Part shown: positions 46,521-55,620 of the stretch, in pieces
How positions within the stretch are numbered: position 1 is the first letter of the stretch
Layout of the letters: each line of letters starts with the position of its first letter
Assembly (NCBI GenBank): GCA_017618215.1
Contig: JAFZUQ010000001.1
Location: forward strand, 77,872-141,871
Direction: 5' to 3'
Origin: Elusimicrobiaceae bacterium
Lineage (GTDB): Bacteria; Elusimicrobiota; Elusimicrobia; Elusimicrobiales; Elusimicrobiaceae
DNA: 64,000 bases
Position numbers and translations under genes: made by a program
Notes under the pieces: model-generated
The model's input: the letters and a program-made list of their open reading frames with translations, nothing else
Told to the model about the DNA's origin: nothing
Database searches by the model: none

Positions 46521-47129
46521 ATGAACGGCACTTTTGCAAATGAAGATGTAAGTAAATTTAAATCGCGGATGATATTTTTGATGTTTCCGCTTTTTATAAT
46601 TATCGGTTTTTTTGTTTTATTGTTCGGTTTAAGTAGTAAAACTTTGCATTGTACTTACGGTGGTGTAAACGGTTATGCTTGTCAAACTAATTTAAAAATA
46701 TTTGCTTTTAATTTAGGAACGGATAATTTTTCAAATATAACAAAAGCGGTTTCGGTTACTTCAAAGCGCTCGGGCAGTAATGTTTACCAAATGCAATTTG
46801 TTAATCAAAGCGGTCAAAATTTTGCTTATACAAGTTCTTGGACGAGGATGCCCGGCAAAGTAGATAAAGAAGTAGTGGCATTAAATAAATATTTTGACAG
46901 TGGACGGGATTTTAATTATACTTTTGCGCGCGAGTGGTTTTTGATTATCTTCGGTTTATTTTTTGCCGGCGTGCCGATACTTATTTTATTTTTAATTTCG
47001 CATAACCCAAACGATAGTGGTTTTAGAGATTTTGATGCAAAAAAATTTTTAGCACAAAAAGATTTAAGCAAAATGTCTAATGAGGAAATATTGGCATTTA
47101 TTAAACAAAAAAATAATATGGAGAAATAG
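46521..47129 (+). CDS. membrane protein, paralog family member 2
   Basis: TM, CTYGGVNGYAC ectodomain, TM, and tail ending SKMSNEEILAFIKQKNNMEK. Confidence 0.75.
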   Translation: MNGTFANEDVSKFKSRMIFLMFPLFIIIGFFVLLFGLSSKTLHCTYGGVNGYACQTNLKIFAFNLGTDNFSNITKAVSVTSKRSGSNVYQMQFVNQSGQNFAYTSSWTRMPGKVDKEVVALNKYFDSGRDFNYTFAREWFLIIFGLFFAGVPILILFLISHNPNDSGFRDFDAKKFLAQKDLSKMSNEEILAFIKQKNNMEK

Positions 47130-47130
47130 T

Positions 47131-47886
47131 ATGAAATTTATTAAAGAACTTTATGATGTGTTGATAGAAAGATTACGATGTTTATCTGTGGGTGTATATC
47201 GTCGTTGGGGCTTTTTTAGGACATTACCTATCAATATTCCTGCATTGGGTGTTTCAAACGGGGTTTTTCTTCCTAATTCCCAAATAAATAAAATACTTAC
47301 GTATTCCGTATTTCTAATGATGATAGTCGTTAATGTGTTAATTATAATGTTCTGTCTTAGTGTAGATAGAAAAATAACTTGTACTTACAACGGTATGAGT
47401 GGATATAATTGTGTAATAAGTCAAAAAAATATTTATAAAGGCATAAAAAATACAAATTACACCAATATTAAAAGTGCCAATGTGTATAAAGGACGAATTT
47501 ATGGTAGGAAAGGCCTATTACAAGATGAATATAGGTATAGAATATCCTTAGTTGATGTAAATGGTGCTGAACATTATTATGAAGATTGGTCAACCAGAAT
47601 TTCACCTGCAAAAAAAATGGTACAGATATTAAATTCCGAATTTTCTAAAAACCAAAATTTTGAGCAAAAACTGCCGGGGGATTGGTTTTATATCCTTCTT
47701 GCCATATTACTAAATATATTTTTTATAATTATGATATTGTTTTTTAGGGATACGGTAAATAATTATGTGTTTGAAGAAGTTGAGCCGGGTGTTTATAAAC
47801 CGTTTATGAGAATAGATGGTGTAAGTAAAATGTCTAAAGAAGAAATTTTGGCATTTATCAAACAAAAAAATGAGATGAAGAAATAA
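47131..47886 (+). CDS. membrane protein, paralog family member 3
   Basis: Trimmed to the ATG 1 nt after the upstream stop. TM, CTYNGMSGYNC ectodomain, TM, and tail NNYVFEEVEPGVY..SKMSKEEILAFIKQKNEMKK. Confidence 0.7.
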   Translation: MKFIKELYDVLIERLRCLSVGVYRRWGFFRTLPINIPALGVSNGVFLPNSQINKILTYSVFLMMIVVNVLIIMFCLSVDRKITCTYNGMSGYNCVISQKNIYKGIKNTNYTNIKSANVYKGRIYGRKGLLQDEYRYRISLVDVNGAEHYYEDWSTRISPAKKMVQILNSEFSKNQNFEQKLPGDWFYILLAILLNIFFIIMILFFRDTVNNYVFEEVEPGVYKPFMRIDGVSKMSKEEILAFIKQKNEMKK

Positions 47887-48468
47887 ATGAAAAAAATAGG
47901 TTTACTATTAATCTTAATTATTCCAATATATACGATATATGATATGGTATTTTTAAAGCCCTTAATAGGGGCGATAAATTGTGAATATAATGTTGATAAA
48001 AAATATTTTTGCCAGATAATTGAAGAAGCTATCACTCGCAAAAAAATAACAGAAAAAATCTACACAGGAATAACAGAAATTAAAATATTTAGTAAAAAGT
48101 CCGGGAGATGTGGCCCGGAATATACTTTAAAATTGGCAGATAAGGAAAATAATGAATATACTTTAAAACATACCCATTATGGTAAGACAGATTTTGAACC
48201 TTTAAATAATTTATTTAAAGGGGAACAAAATTTTATATACTATAGTAAATCCAATAAAATAAATATAATTTTTTTAAGTGTTGAGGTATTTCTTTGTTTG
48301 CTTGTTATTCTGCTTATAATAAGAGAGATGAAGTATAAAGATATTGACATTATGTCTACAATGAGTGATGAAGAATTGGAACAATTGAAGTCTACGTCAT
48401 TTTCAAATTACAAAAATATTAAAGAAGAAATAAAAAATTCTAAACAAAATTATAACGGAGAGAAATAA
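47887..48468 (+). CDS. membrane protein, paralog family member 4 (most divergent)
   Basis: TM, CEYNVDKKYFC ectodomain, TM, and tail ..MSTMSDEELEQLK. ATG immediately follows the upstream stop. Confidence 0.7.
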   Translation: MKKIGLLLILIIPIYTIYDMVFLKPLIGAINCEYNVDKKYFCQIIEEAITRKKITEKIYTGITEIKIFSKKSGRCGPEYTLKLADKENNEYTLKHTHYGKTDFEPLNNLFKGEQNFIYYSKSNKINIIFLSVEVFLCLLVILLIIREMKYKDIDIMSTMSDEELEQLKSTSFSNYKNIKEEIKNSKQNYNGEK

Positions 48469-48469
48469 A

Positions 48470-49558
48470 ATGAAAAAATTATTTGTATGTTTTACTTTAA
48501 CTTTTGTTCTTTGCGCGGGTGGCGTTTGTGCGCAGTCGGCGCAGCAACTGTTAAATCAACTGAATCGCGCGCCTGTTAAGACGGTAAAACCTAAAGGCGA
48601 AATGCGAATCTTCGTTAAAGATGGTGAGGAAGTTATAACCAATTTCCCGTCGGAAAACTTGCTTGCCGCACCTAAAATACATATAGTTTTACCAACTGAA
48701 AATACACAAAGCCGCTATCCTTCTGTTTATATAATTTCAGGTGAAGAACTGGACAAAGAAAAAATCAAAGAAATGTACCCCGATTTTTACGGTAAATATT
48801 ATTTTGTAACCGTCAAATTAGAGGAGGGGGAAAATAATTTTTCAACTTTTTTGACTAAAGATTTATTGCCTTATATGGAATTAAATTATGCGGTTTTGGC
48901 GGACGGCGCGCAACGCACATTAATTGCAAAGAATTCTTTTGCACTTGCTTATTTGGCTGATTTAAAAAATATTTCCGCCTACTTAAAAAATGCCGCGCTC
49001 GGTTTTGAATATTCTTCCCCTTTACCGAAAATTGAGGTGACGGGAAATGACCTTAATTTATGGGCGGACGGGCCTGTTGATAATATTGCCGCTTTGCACG
49101 CAAGTTTAGCGGCGCAAGGTTTGGTTTATTTGGAAAATTTTGCATATAATATCACTTCGGGCAAACTGGCGCAAGGATCAGCAAATATTGACTTTTTGTT
49201 TAACCGGGCCGGCCGCAAAATTTCCAAAATTACGCCGTACCAACAATTTGAAACACTTGATTTAGATAAAGATTATTCATCACTTTTCTGGCTTAATTTG
49301 AAGGCAAAAAGCGGTTACAAATTGGCTTATATCCCGCAAGATTTACGCATTGCCCCGCCTTTGCTTAACTGGAATAAGGAACAAGCTACATTCAATATAA
49401 TTTTGGGTGCAAGTGAGGATAAAGTTAAGGTTTCCGGCAAAACCGAATTTGGCAAGAAATTTAAGGCTAAATTTAATATTATCAGCAGCGTGGAACAAGC
49501 CCGAAAAGAAGCCCAAAAACAAGCCAAAAAAAAGGCAAAAATAGCCAAAAAACAGTAA
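48470..49558 (+). CDS. secreted protein, possibly a degenerate esterase-like fold, with a Lys-rich tail
   Basis: Signal MKKLFVCFTLTFVLCAGGVCA. The region ..YPSVYIISGE..LLPYMELNY..RTLIAKNSFALAYL resembles putative-esterase families but has no clear GxSxG. Visibly more GC-rich than the four preceding genes. Confidence 0.6.
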   Translation: MKKLFVCFTLTFVLCAGGVCAQSAQQLLNQLNRAPVKTVKPKGEMRIFVKDGEEVITNFPSENLLAAPKIHIVLPTENTQSRYPSVYIISGEELDKEKIKEMYPDFYGKYYFVTVKLEEGENNFSTFLTKDLLPYMELNYAVLADGAQRTLIAKNSFALAYLADLKNISAYLKNAALGFEYSSPLPKIEVTGNDLNLWADGPVDNIAALHASLAAQGLVYLENFAYNITSGKLAQGSANIDFLFNRAGRKISKITPYQQFETLDLDKDYSSLFWLNLKAKSGYKLAYIPQDLRIAPPLLNWNKEQATFNIILGASEDKVKVSGKTEFGKKFKAKFNIISSVEQARKEAQKQAKKKAKIAKKQ

Positions 49559-49580
49559 AAAATAACCTAAAATCGCTAAG

Positions 49581-49589
49581 TTATCCACA
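49581..49589 (+). promoter_or_regulatory. perfect DnaA box TTATCCACA
   Basis: Exact 9-mer consensus within the 12-mer AAGTTATCCACA. Confidence 0.5.
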
Positions 49590-49706
49590 ATTTATAAATA
49601 TTTTTAATTATTATATTTTGTAGGGTGGCTTTTTATGAATTTGTATAGGGAAAACATGGTTTAGTTCTACTTATTTTGGCTACTAAATATAACCCAATTT
49701 AATAAG

Positions 49707-49715
49707 TTATCCACA
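49707..49715 (+). promoter_or_regulatory. perfect DnaA box TTATCCACA
   Basis: Exact 9-mer consensus within the same 12-mer AAGTTATCCACA, same orientation, 126 nt from the first box. Confidence 0.5.
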
Positions 49716-49744
49716 GATTATATCCCAAAAAGGTTATAAATTCG

Positions 49745-51766
49745 CTATTTTCGCTTTTTTTTGAGGATTTTGCTTGCAGGTAAGGCCATCTCTTTTAGGT
49801 CAAATAATCGGTCACGAAGTTCCGCGGCAAGTTCAAAGTTTAAATTATCTGCCGCATCAAGCATTTGGCGTTCCAATTCTTTAATCATAAGCGGAATATT
49901 TTTGGCCTCCGGCAGAACCGCACTTTCACTATGAATTAAAGCAAGTGAAGACTCACGCGAACTATCCTCAAATTCTTTAAGTTCAACTTCCGCTTTGACA
50001 ATGCTTTTGGGGGTGATATGGTGTTCTTTGTTATACGCGGTTTGAATTTTTCTGCGGCGGTCCATTTCAGCAAGTGCATATTTTATTGCAGGGGTTTCTT
50101 TTTGCGCATATAAAACGACTTCGCCTTTTGCGTTGCGTGCGGCACGGCCCGCAATTTGAATTAAAGTTGTTTCATTTCTCAAAAAGCCTTGGTTATCTGC
50201 TTCCAAAATTGCGACAAGCCCGACTTGCGGAATATCAAGCCCTTCACGCAACAAGTTTATGCCGACTAAAACATCATACTCGCCTTTAGTGAAATCTTGT
50301 AAAATATCAATTCTTTCAAGTGCGTCCAAACTGCTGTGCAAATAAGTTGCTTTTAAACCTTTTTCCAGAAGGAAAACGGATAAATCTTCCGCAGTTTTTT
50401 TTGTTAAAGACAAAACCAAAACGCGTTGTTTTTGTTTGATTTTTTCTTGTATGCGTGTAAGCAAATCTTCAAGTTGTCCCTGCGCTGGGCGAATTATTAC
50501 AGGCGGATCAATTAAACCTGTGGGGCGTATAATTTGCTCCACAATATTATTGCCGCTTACCGTCAGTTCATAAGGCCCCGGCGTGGCGGAAACAAAAACG
50601 GTGTTCGGCAACAAATTTTCCCATTCGTCAAATTTTAAAGGGCGGTTGTCTAAAGCACTTGGCAGGCGGAAGCCAAAGTCAATAAGCATTTGTTTTCTTG
50701 CGCGGTCCCCGTTAAACATACCGCGTATTTGCGGAACCGCGACATGCGATTCATCCACAAAAACCAAGAAATCTTTAAAGCGTTTAAAGTAATCAAATAA
50801 ACAATTCGGCCTTGCGCCCGGTTGACGGTGTTCCAAAACGCGCGAATAATTTTCAATACCCGCACACATACCGCTTTGGCGGAGCATGGCAAGGTCATAA
50901 TTTGTGCGCTCTTTAATACGTTGCGCCTCAAGTAATTTATTTTGACTTTCAAAATATTTTATGCGTTTGTCGCGCTCGCGTTCAATTTCTTGCAAAGCGC
51001 TTTCAAAGCCTTCCTCGCCTTGCACAAATTGTTTTGCAGGGGAAAGCCAAACATCTTCAAGTTCATGAATAACTTCCATTGTTAATGGGTTGATTTCTTG
51101 CAAAGTTGTGACGGTGTTTAAATTTAAGCCGATGCGCAAAGCCGTTTGTGAATATGGGGGGAAAACATCAATAAAAGCACCGCGGATGCGAAAAGTGCCT
51201 TCATGAAAATCCATTTCATTTCTTTCGTATTGAATTTTAATTAGGTGCTTTGTAAAAGCAGTTCTGTTTAACGGTGCGCCGAGCTTTAAATAAATGCGCA
51301 ATTTCTCAAATTGTTCCGGTGAGCCGATATTGTAAATTGATGAAACGGATGCTATAACAATAACATCATTTCTCGTCAACAAAGAGTTGGTGGCTTTTAA
51401 GCGTAACTTTTCAATATGGCTATTAATTGAAGCATCCTTTTCAATATAACTGTCCGTCTGCGGAATATAGGCCTCAGGCTGATAATAATCATAATAAGAA
51501 ATAAAATATTCTACGGCATTTTCTGGGAAAAACTGTTTAAATTCAGCATATAGTTGCGCCGCTAAAACTTTGTTTGGTGACATTATTAAAGTTGGCCGCT
51601 GCAAGTTTTCAATTACACTTGCCATCGTAAAAGTTTTGCCTGAACCGGTAACACCAAGCAGCGTTTGGCGTCTTGCATCAGCCAAAATATTTTGTGTTAA
51701 TTTGTTTATTGCATCCGGTTGCGAACCTGCCGCTTTAAACGGAGCAACAAGTTTGAATTTCTGCAT
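49745..51766 (-). CDS. uvrB: excinuclease ABC subunit B
   Basis: Walker A GVTGSGKT, DESH box, helicase motifs and C-terminal UVR domain (..ELERQMLDAADNLNFELAAELRDRL..). Confidence 0.95.
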   Translation of the reverse strand: MQKFKLVAPFKAAGSQPDAINKLTQNILADARRQTLLGVTGSGKTFTMASVIENLQRPTLIMSPNKVLAAQLYAEFKQFFPENAVEYFISYYDYYQPEAYIPQTDSYIEKDASINSHIEKLRLKATNSLLTRNDVIVIASVSSIYNIGSPEQFEKLRIYLKLGAPLNRTAFTKHLIKIQYERNEMDFHEGTFRIRGAFIDVFPPYSQTALRIGLNLNTVTTLQEINPLTMEVIHELEDVWLSPAKQFVQGEEGFESALQEIERERDKRIKYFESQNKLLEAQRIKERTNYDLAMLRQSGMCAGIENYSRVLEHRQPGARPNCLFDYFKRFKDFLVFVDESHVAVPQIRGMFNGDRARKQMLIDFGFRLPSALDNRPLKFDEWENLLPNTVFVSATPGPYELTVSGNNIVEQIIRPTGLIDPPVIIRPAQGQLEDLLTRIQEKIKQKQRVLVLSLTKKTAEDLSVFLLEKGLKATYLHSSLDALERIDILQDFTKGEYDVLVGINLLREGLDIPQVGLVAILEADNQGFLRNETTLIQIAGRAARNAKGEVVLYAQKETPAIKYALAEMDRRRKIQTAYNKEHHITPKSIVKAEVELKEFEDSSRESSLALIHSESAVLPEAKNIPLMIKELERQMLDAADNLNFELAAELRDRLFDLKEMALPASKILKKKRK

Positions 51767-51767
51767 A

Positions 51768-52448
51768 TTACTTCATTATATGCAAATAGTCGGGGTTAAT
51801 GATGCCGGGGATAAGTTGGGCTATACCTTCAATAACAAATTGTACGGCGATGGCACAAAGTATAAGGCCCATAGTTCTTGATACAATTTGCATACCGTTT
51901 TTCTTTAAAATTTTAAAAAACCATCTTGACATATATAAAGCTACACCAATCAAAAAGCAAGCCACGATAATTGCAAGCACCATGCAAACTGCGGTGGCCG
52001 GGCTTTTTGATCTTTCAGAGTACAAAATAACAGTTGTTATTGCACCGGGGCCAACGAAAATCGGTGTTGCAACAGGAACGATAATTGAACTTAAACGTTT
52101 TGTCGCGATGGAAAAGGGGTTTGTTTCGGCGGTAGTGTCCATGCCGTCGGGGTCAAATTTGGGTTTACCGTGAAGTAAGCGGAAACCGATTGTCATAATA
52201 AGTATACCTCCTGCAATTCTAAATGCAGGTATTGTTATGCCAAAAAGTGAAAGGAAAGGTTGCCCGGTAAAGTAAAAAAATAAAATAATTACAAAAATTG
52301 CTGATGCCAAAAGTACGGCGATATTTTTTTGTACTTCAGCGGTTTCGGTATTAACGTGTTCCAAAAATATTGGAATATTACCGATAGGGTTTAAGATAGC
52401 CAGTAGTGCTATAAAAAAGTTCAAAGCTAAAGAGAAATCTATGTTCAT
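51768..52448 (-). CDS. marC: MarC family (UPF0056) membrane protein
   Basis: Trimmed to MNIDFSLALNFF. The longer ORF reads through tRNA-Val. Six TM helices and an ..NPIGNIPIF.. motif. Confidence 0.75.
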   Translation of the reverse strand: MNIDFSLALNFFIALLAILNPIGNIPIFLEHVNTETAEVQKNIAVLLASAIFVIILFFYFTGQPFLSLFGITIPAFRIAGGILIMTIGFRLLHGKPKFDPDGMDTTAETNPFSIATKRLSSIIVPVATPIFVGPGAITTVILYSERSKSPATAVCMVLAIIVACFLIGVALYMSRWFFKILKKNGMQIVSRTMGLILCAIAVQFVIEGIAQLIPGIINPDYLHIMK

Positions 52449-52483
52449 TTTGTTATTATTTTCGTAATTTCTATAAAAAATTT

Positions 52484-52555
52484 TGGGCAGTACAGGGTTC
52501 GAACCTGTGACCTTCCGCGTGTGAGGCGGACGCGCTACCACTGCGCCAACTGCCC
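52484..52555 (-). tRNA. tRNA-Val (anticodon CAC)
   Basis: Reverse complement folds as acceptor GGGCAGT/ACTGCCC, anticodon stem TCCGC/GCGGA with loop CTCACAC, and T arm ACAGG-TTCGAAC-CCTGT. 72 nt. Confidence 0.9.
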
Positions 52556-52617
52556 TAATATATAAATATTTTATAATTTTTGTGGGAGTAAAGTAAAGTT
52601 AAAATTTGGTAAAATAT

Positions 52618-52950
52618 ATATGCTGGAAAGCCGCTGGAAACAGAGGAACTTCCGAACTTCATAGGGCAACGGGCCGGTTGAAAAACCGGGGAGGCAGGGC
52701 CATATACCTGCTTGACGGACAGTGCCACAGAAAATATACCGCCCGCAAGGGTAAGGGTGAAAAGGTGAGGTAAGAGCCCACCGCGTGTAAAGTAATTTGC
52801 ACGGCAAGGCGAACCCCCCGTGAAGCAAGGCCAAGCCAGTTGCGCTGCCCGCGCTGGATTACTCCATAAAAGACAAAGTAGGCCGCTTAGATAAATGGCT
52901 TTCACCTTTCGGGCTTTAGTCCGGGGGGGACAGAATTCGGGGTACAAGCA
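52618..52950 (+). ncRNA. rnpB: RNase P RNA (bacterial type A)
   Basis: Conserved blocks in canonical order: GAGGAACTTCCGAACTTCATAGGGCA (CR-I), CAGTGCCACAGAAAATATACCGCC, GGTAAGGGTGAAAAGGTGAGGTAAGAGCCCACCG, GAAGCAAGGCCAAG, GTAGGCCGCTTAG, GACAGAATTCGGGGTA (CR-V). Ends are approximate (+/- 15 nt). Confidence 0.85.
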
Positions 52951-52953
52951 AAA

Positions 52954-52986
52954 CCACCTGCTAAAAAATAATGCAGGTGGTTTTTT
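52954..52986 (+). terminator. intrinsic terminator after rnpB
   Basis: Stem CCACCTGC/GCAGGTGG followed by TTTTTT. Confidence 0.8.
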
Positions 52987-53147
52987 ATATGCTCTAAATA
53001 TGGTATAATTAAGGAGTATCTAATATAGATATAATTTAATAGGAGCAAGTTTGGCTCTTGCTTGGTATAAGCGTTTTTTGTCAGGCAACACAACAGGCAG
53101 CGCGGTGCTTACACTCGGTAAAAAGCTATAAACTTGAAAGTAAAAAA

Positions 53148-53414
53148 ATGTTAACAAAACAAGACAGAAAAGATATTATCTCAAAATTCCAACAAAGTGA
53201 TGCTGATACAGGTTCACCGTCAGTGCAAATTGCATTGATTACAGAAAGAATCCGCTACATCTCTGAACATCTCAAACAAAATCCTAAAGACTTTGCGGGC
53301 GAAAGAGGTTTAACACGCCTCGTCGGTCAACGCAAACGCTTGCTTGCTTATTTAAAGAAAAATGATTTCGCTAAATATCAAGCATTAACGAAAGAACTTA
53401 AATTAAGGAAATAA
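53148..53414 (+). CDS. rpsO: 30S ribosomal protein S15
   Basis: Trimmed to MLTKQDRKDII. 88 aa with ..GSPSVQIALITERI..L..HLK.N.KD..S.RGL..LVGQRKRLL.YL. Confidence 0.9.
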   Translation: MLTKQDRKDIISKFQQSDADTGSPSVQIALITERIRYISEHLKQNPKDFAGERGLTRLVGQRKRLLAYLKKNDFAKYQALTKELKLRK

Positions 53415-53417
53415 TAA

Positions 53418-55514
53418 ATGAGTAATCTAGGAAAATTTAGCCACAGCGTAGAAGTCGGTGGCAAAACTATCACGCTTGAAACAGGTGTGATGGCTAAACA
53501 AGCCGACGGTGCTGTTATCGCCCGTATCGGCGATACTATGGTGCTTGCAACTGCTGTTTGTGATAAAGTACAAAAACCCGGTTTGCAAGATTTCGTACCT
53601 TTAACCGTTAATTATAAAGAAAGAACCTATGCCGCGGGTAAAATCCCCGGCGGTTTTTTTAAACGCGAAACAAAGGCAAGCAAAAAGGAAACATTATCCT
53701 CACGTCTTATTGACCGCTCTATGCGCCCTCTATTCCCTGAAGGGTTTGCATGTGAAGTCAATGTTACCGCAATGGTACTTTCTGCCGACGGTGTAAATGA
53801 CAGTGATGTTTTAAGTATTGTTGCCTCAAGTGCCGCAACGGTAATTTCTTCAATTCCTTTTACCCAACCTGTTGCAGGTGTTAGGGTTGACCGCGTAAAC
53901 GGACAATACATTATTAACCCGACAGTGCAAGAAAGAAAAGTTGCCGATATGGACCTCGTAATCGCAGGTACCATGCAAGGCATCATGATGGTTGAAGGCG
54001 GTGCACATGAAGTTGATGAAGAATCACTCGTAAAAGCTATTGAAATTGCACAACCCGAAGTCAAAAAACTTTGCCAAGCACAACTTGACCTTCGTGAAAA
54101 ATGCGGTAAAGCAAAATTTGAATTTAAAGCAGAAACTTTACCTCAAGAAGTTTTGGATATGGCAAACAACACATATCGCGCAAAAGTTGCGGAAATTTTA
54201 CATAAATTCTCCGATAAACAAACACGCGATTGTGATATTGCTAATTTAAAAGAAGCTTTTAAAACAGAATTAACCGAAAAATACCCCGAAGAAGGCGCAA
54301 TTTACGCCGATTTTGCTATGGAAATGCTCGCTTATGAAGAATCACGCAAAATGGTATTGAATGAAGGTGTCCGCGTAGACGGTAGAAAGACTGACCAAAT
54401 CAGACCTTTAAGCTCTATGGTCGGTGTTTTACCTTGCGCACACGGTTCAGCTTTATTTACCCGCGGTCAAACCCAATCACTTGCAACCGCAACTTTAGGT
54501 ACATCAAGTGATGCGCAAATGGTGGAAGGCCTTGAAGAAACTTATGATGAAACTTTTATGCTTCATTATAATTTCCCCGGCTTTGCTACCGGCGAATGTA
54601 AACCGGACCGCGCACCCGGCCGCCGCGAAATCGGCCACGGGGAACTTGCACGCCGCGCTTTAATGCCGCTTATTCCAAGCCAAGATGTATTCCCTTATAC
54701 TATTAGGGTTGTTTCCGATATTATGGAATCAAACGGTTCCTCTTCAATGGCAAGCGTCTGCGGCGGTTCTTTAGCTTTATTTGATGCAGGCGTTCCTATG
54801 AAAGCCGCTTGCAGCGGTATCGCTATGGGTTTAATTACCGAGGGTGACAAATATGCCGTACTCTCCGATATTATGGGTATGGAAGACCACCTCGGCGATA
54901 TGGACTTTAAACTTACCGGTTCCCGCAAAGGTATAACCGCTTTCCAAATGGACTTAAAACTTGCAACAGGTATTTCCTTGGACGTTTTAAGAAAAGCCAT
55001 TGCACAAGCCACAAAAGGCCGCATGTTTATTATGGACCATATGGATTCAGTTATCAGCGAACCGCGCAAAACTTTACCGAAAAATGCACCCATGATTCAC
55101 ACAATGATGATCCCGCAAGATAAAATCGGCGCATTAATCGGTCCCGGCGGTAAAAACATTAAACGTATTACCGAAACAACCGGTGCAAAAATTGATGTCG
55201 ATGAAGACGGTAAAGTTATGATCGCCGCACCTAATGCCGAAAAGCTTAACCAAGCAAAAGCGGAAATTGATTTGTTGACGAAAGATGTCGAAGTCGGCCA
55301 AATATATGAAGGGAAAGTCGTTTCCATTCAACCTTTTGGTGCTTTTGTTGAACTTTTGCCCGGTAAAGACGGTTTATTACATATTTCACAAATTGCAAAA
55401 GAAAGAATTGCAAAGGTGGAAGATGTTTTACAACTCGGCGATGTCGTAAAAGTTAAAGTCATTGAAATTGACAATAACGGTAAAGTACGCTTATCAAGAA
55501 AAATTTTGTTATAG
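53418..55514 (+). CDS. pnp: polyribonucleotide nucleotidyltransferase (PNPase)
   Basis: 698 aa with two RNase PH domains, KH (..IGPGGKNIKRI..) and S1 (..GKVVSIQPFGAFVEL..). Follows rpsO as in most bacteria. Confidence 0.95.
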   Translation: MSNLGKFSHSVEVGGKTITLETGVMAKQADGAVIARIGDTMVLATAVCDKVQKPGLQDFVPLTVNYKERTYAAGKIPGGFFKRETKASKKETLSSRLIDRSMRPLFPEGFACEVNVTAMVLSADGVNDSDVLSIVASSAATVISSIPFTQPVAGVRVDRVNGQYIINPTVQERKVADMDLVIAGTMQGIMMVEGGAHEVDEESLVKAIEIAQPEVKKLCQAQLDLREKCGKAKFEFKAETLPQEVLDMANNTYRAKVAEILHKFSDKQTRDCDIANLKEAFKTELTEKYPEEGAIYADFAMEMLAYEESRKMVLNEGVRVDGRKTDQIRPLSSMVGVLPCAHGSALFTRGQTQSLATATLGTSSDAQMVEGLEETYDETFMLHYNFPGFATGECKPDRAPGRREIGHGELARRALMPLIPSQDVFPYTIRVVSDIMESNGSSSMASVCGGSLALFDAGVPMKAACSGIAMGLITEGDKYAVLSDIMGMEDHLGDMDFKLTGSRKGITAFQMDLKLATGISLDVLRKAIAQATKGRMFIMDHMDSVISEPRKTLPKNAPMIHTMMIPQDKIGALIGPGGKNIKRITETTGAKIDVDEDGKVMIAAPNAEKLNQAKAEIDLLTKDVEVGQIYEGKVVSIQPFGAFVELLPGKDGLLHISQIAKERIAKVEDVLQLGDVVKVKVIEIDNNGKVRLSRKILL

Positions 55515-55578
55515 TTGATATAACTTAATTTGAAAAAACCCTCGTGTTAATTTTAGCACGGGGGTTTTTATATATTGT
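55498..55578 (+). repeat. direct repeat A: last codons of pnp, stop-spanning palindrome and terminator
   Basis: GAAAAATTTTGTTATAGTTGATATAACTTAATTTGAAAAAACCCTCGTGTTAATTTTAGCACGGGGGTTTTTATATATTGT. Repeated at 57887-57965. Confidence 0.85.
55539..55570 (+). terminator. intrinsic terminator of pnp
   Basis: Stem CCCTCGTG/CACGGGGG followed by TTTTT. Confidence 0.8.
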
Positions 55579-55620
55579 ATAATAGAGGGGTAATATAAAA
55601 TAAAATAGGAGGTAGAAATA

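Noticed and set aside
49559-49744. Calling this gap the chromosomal replication origin.
   Set aside because: Only two DnaA boxes are visible. There is no clear DUE repeat pattern, no dnaA, dnaN or other origin-linked genes nearby, and I cannot compute GC skew. It is reported only as a site worth checking.
52449-52541. Upstream (GTG) start of the MarC ORF.
   Set aside because: The peptide MVARPPHTRKVTGSNPVLP is tRNA-Val read as protein. The true start is the ATG at 52448.
52555-53093. Minus-strand ORFs 52555-52947, 52571-52834 and 52902-53093.
   Set aside because: They overlap the RNase P RNA gene, whose conserved CR-I to CR-V blocks are present on the plus strand, and its terminator.
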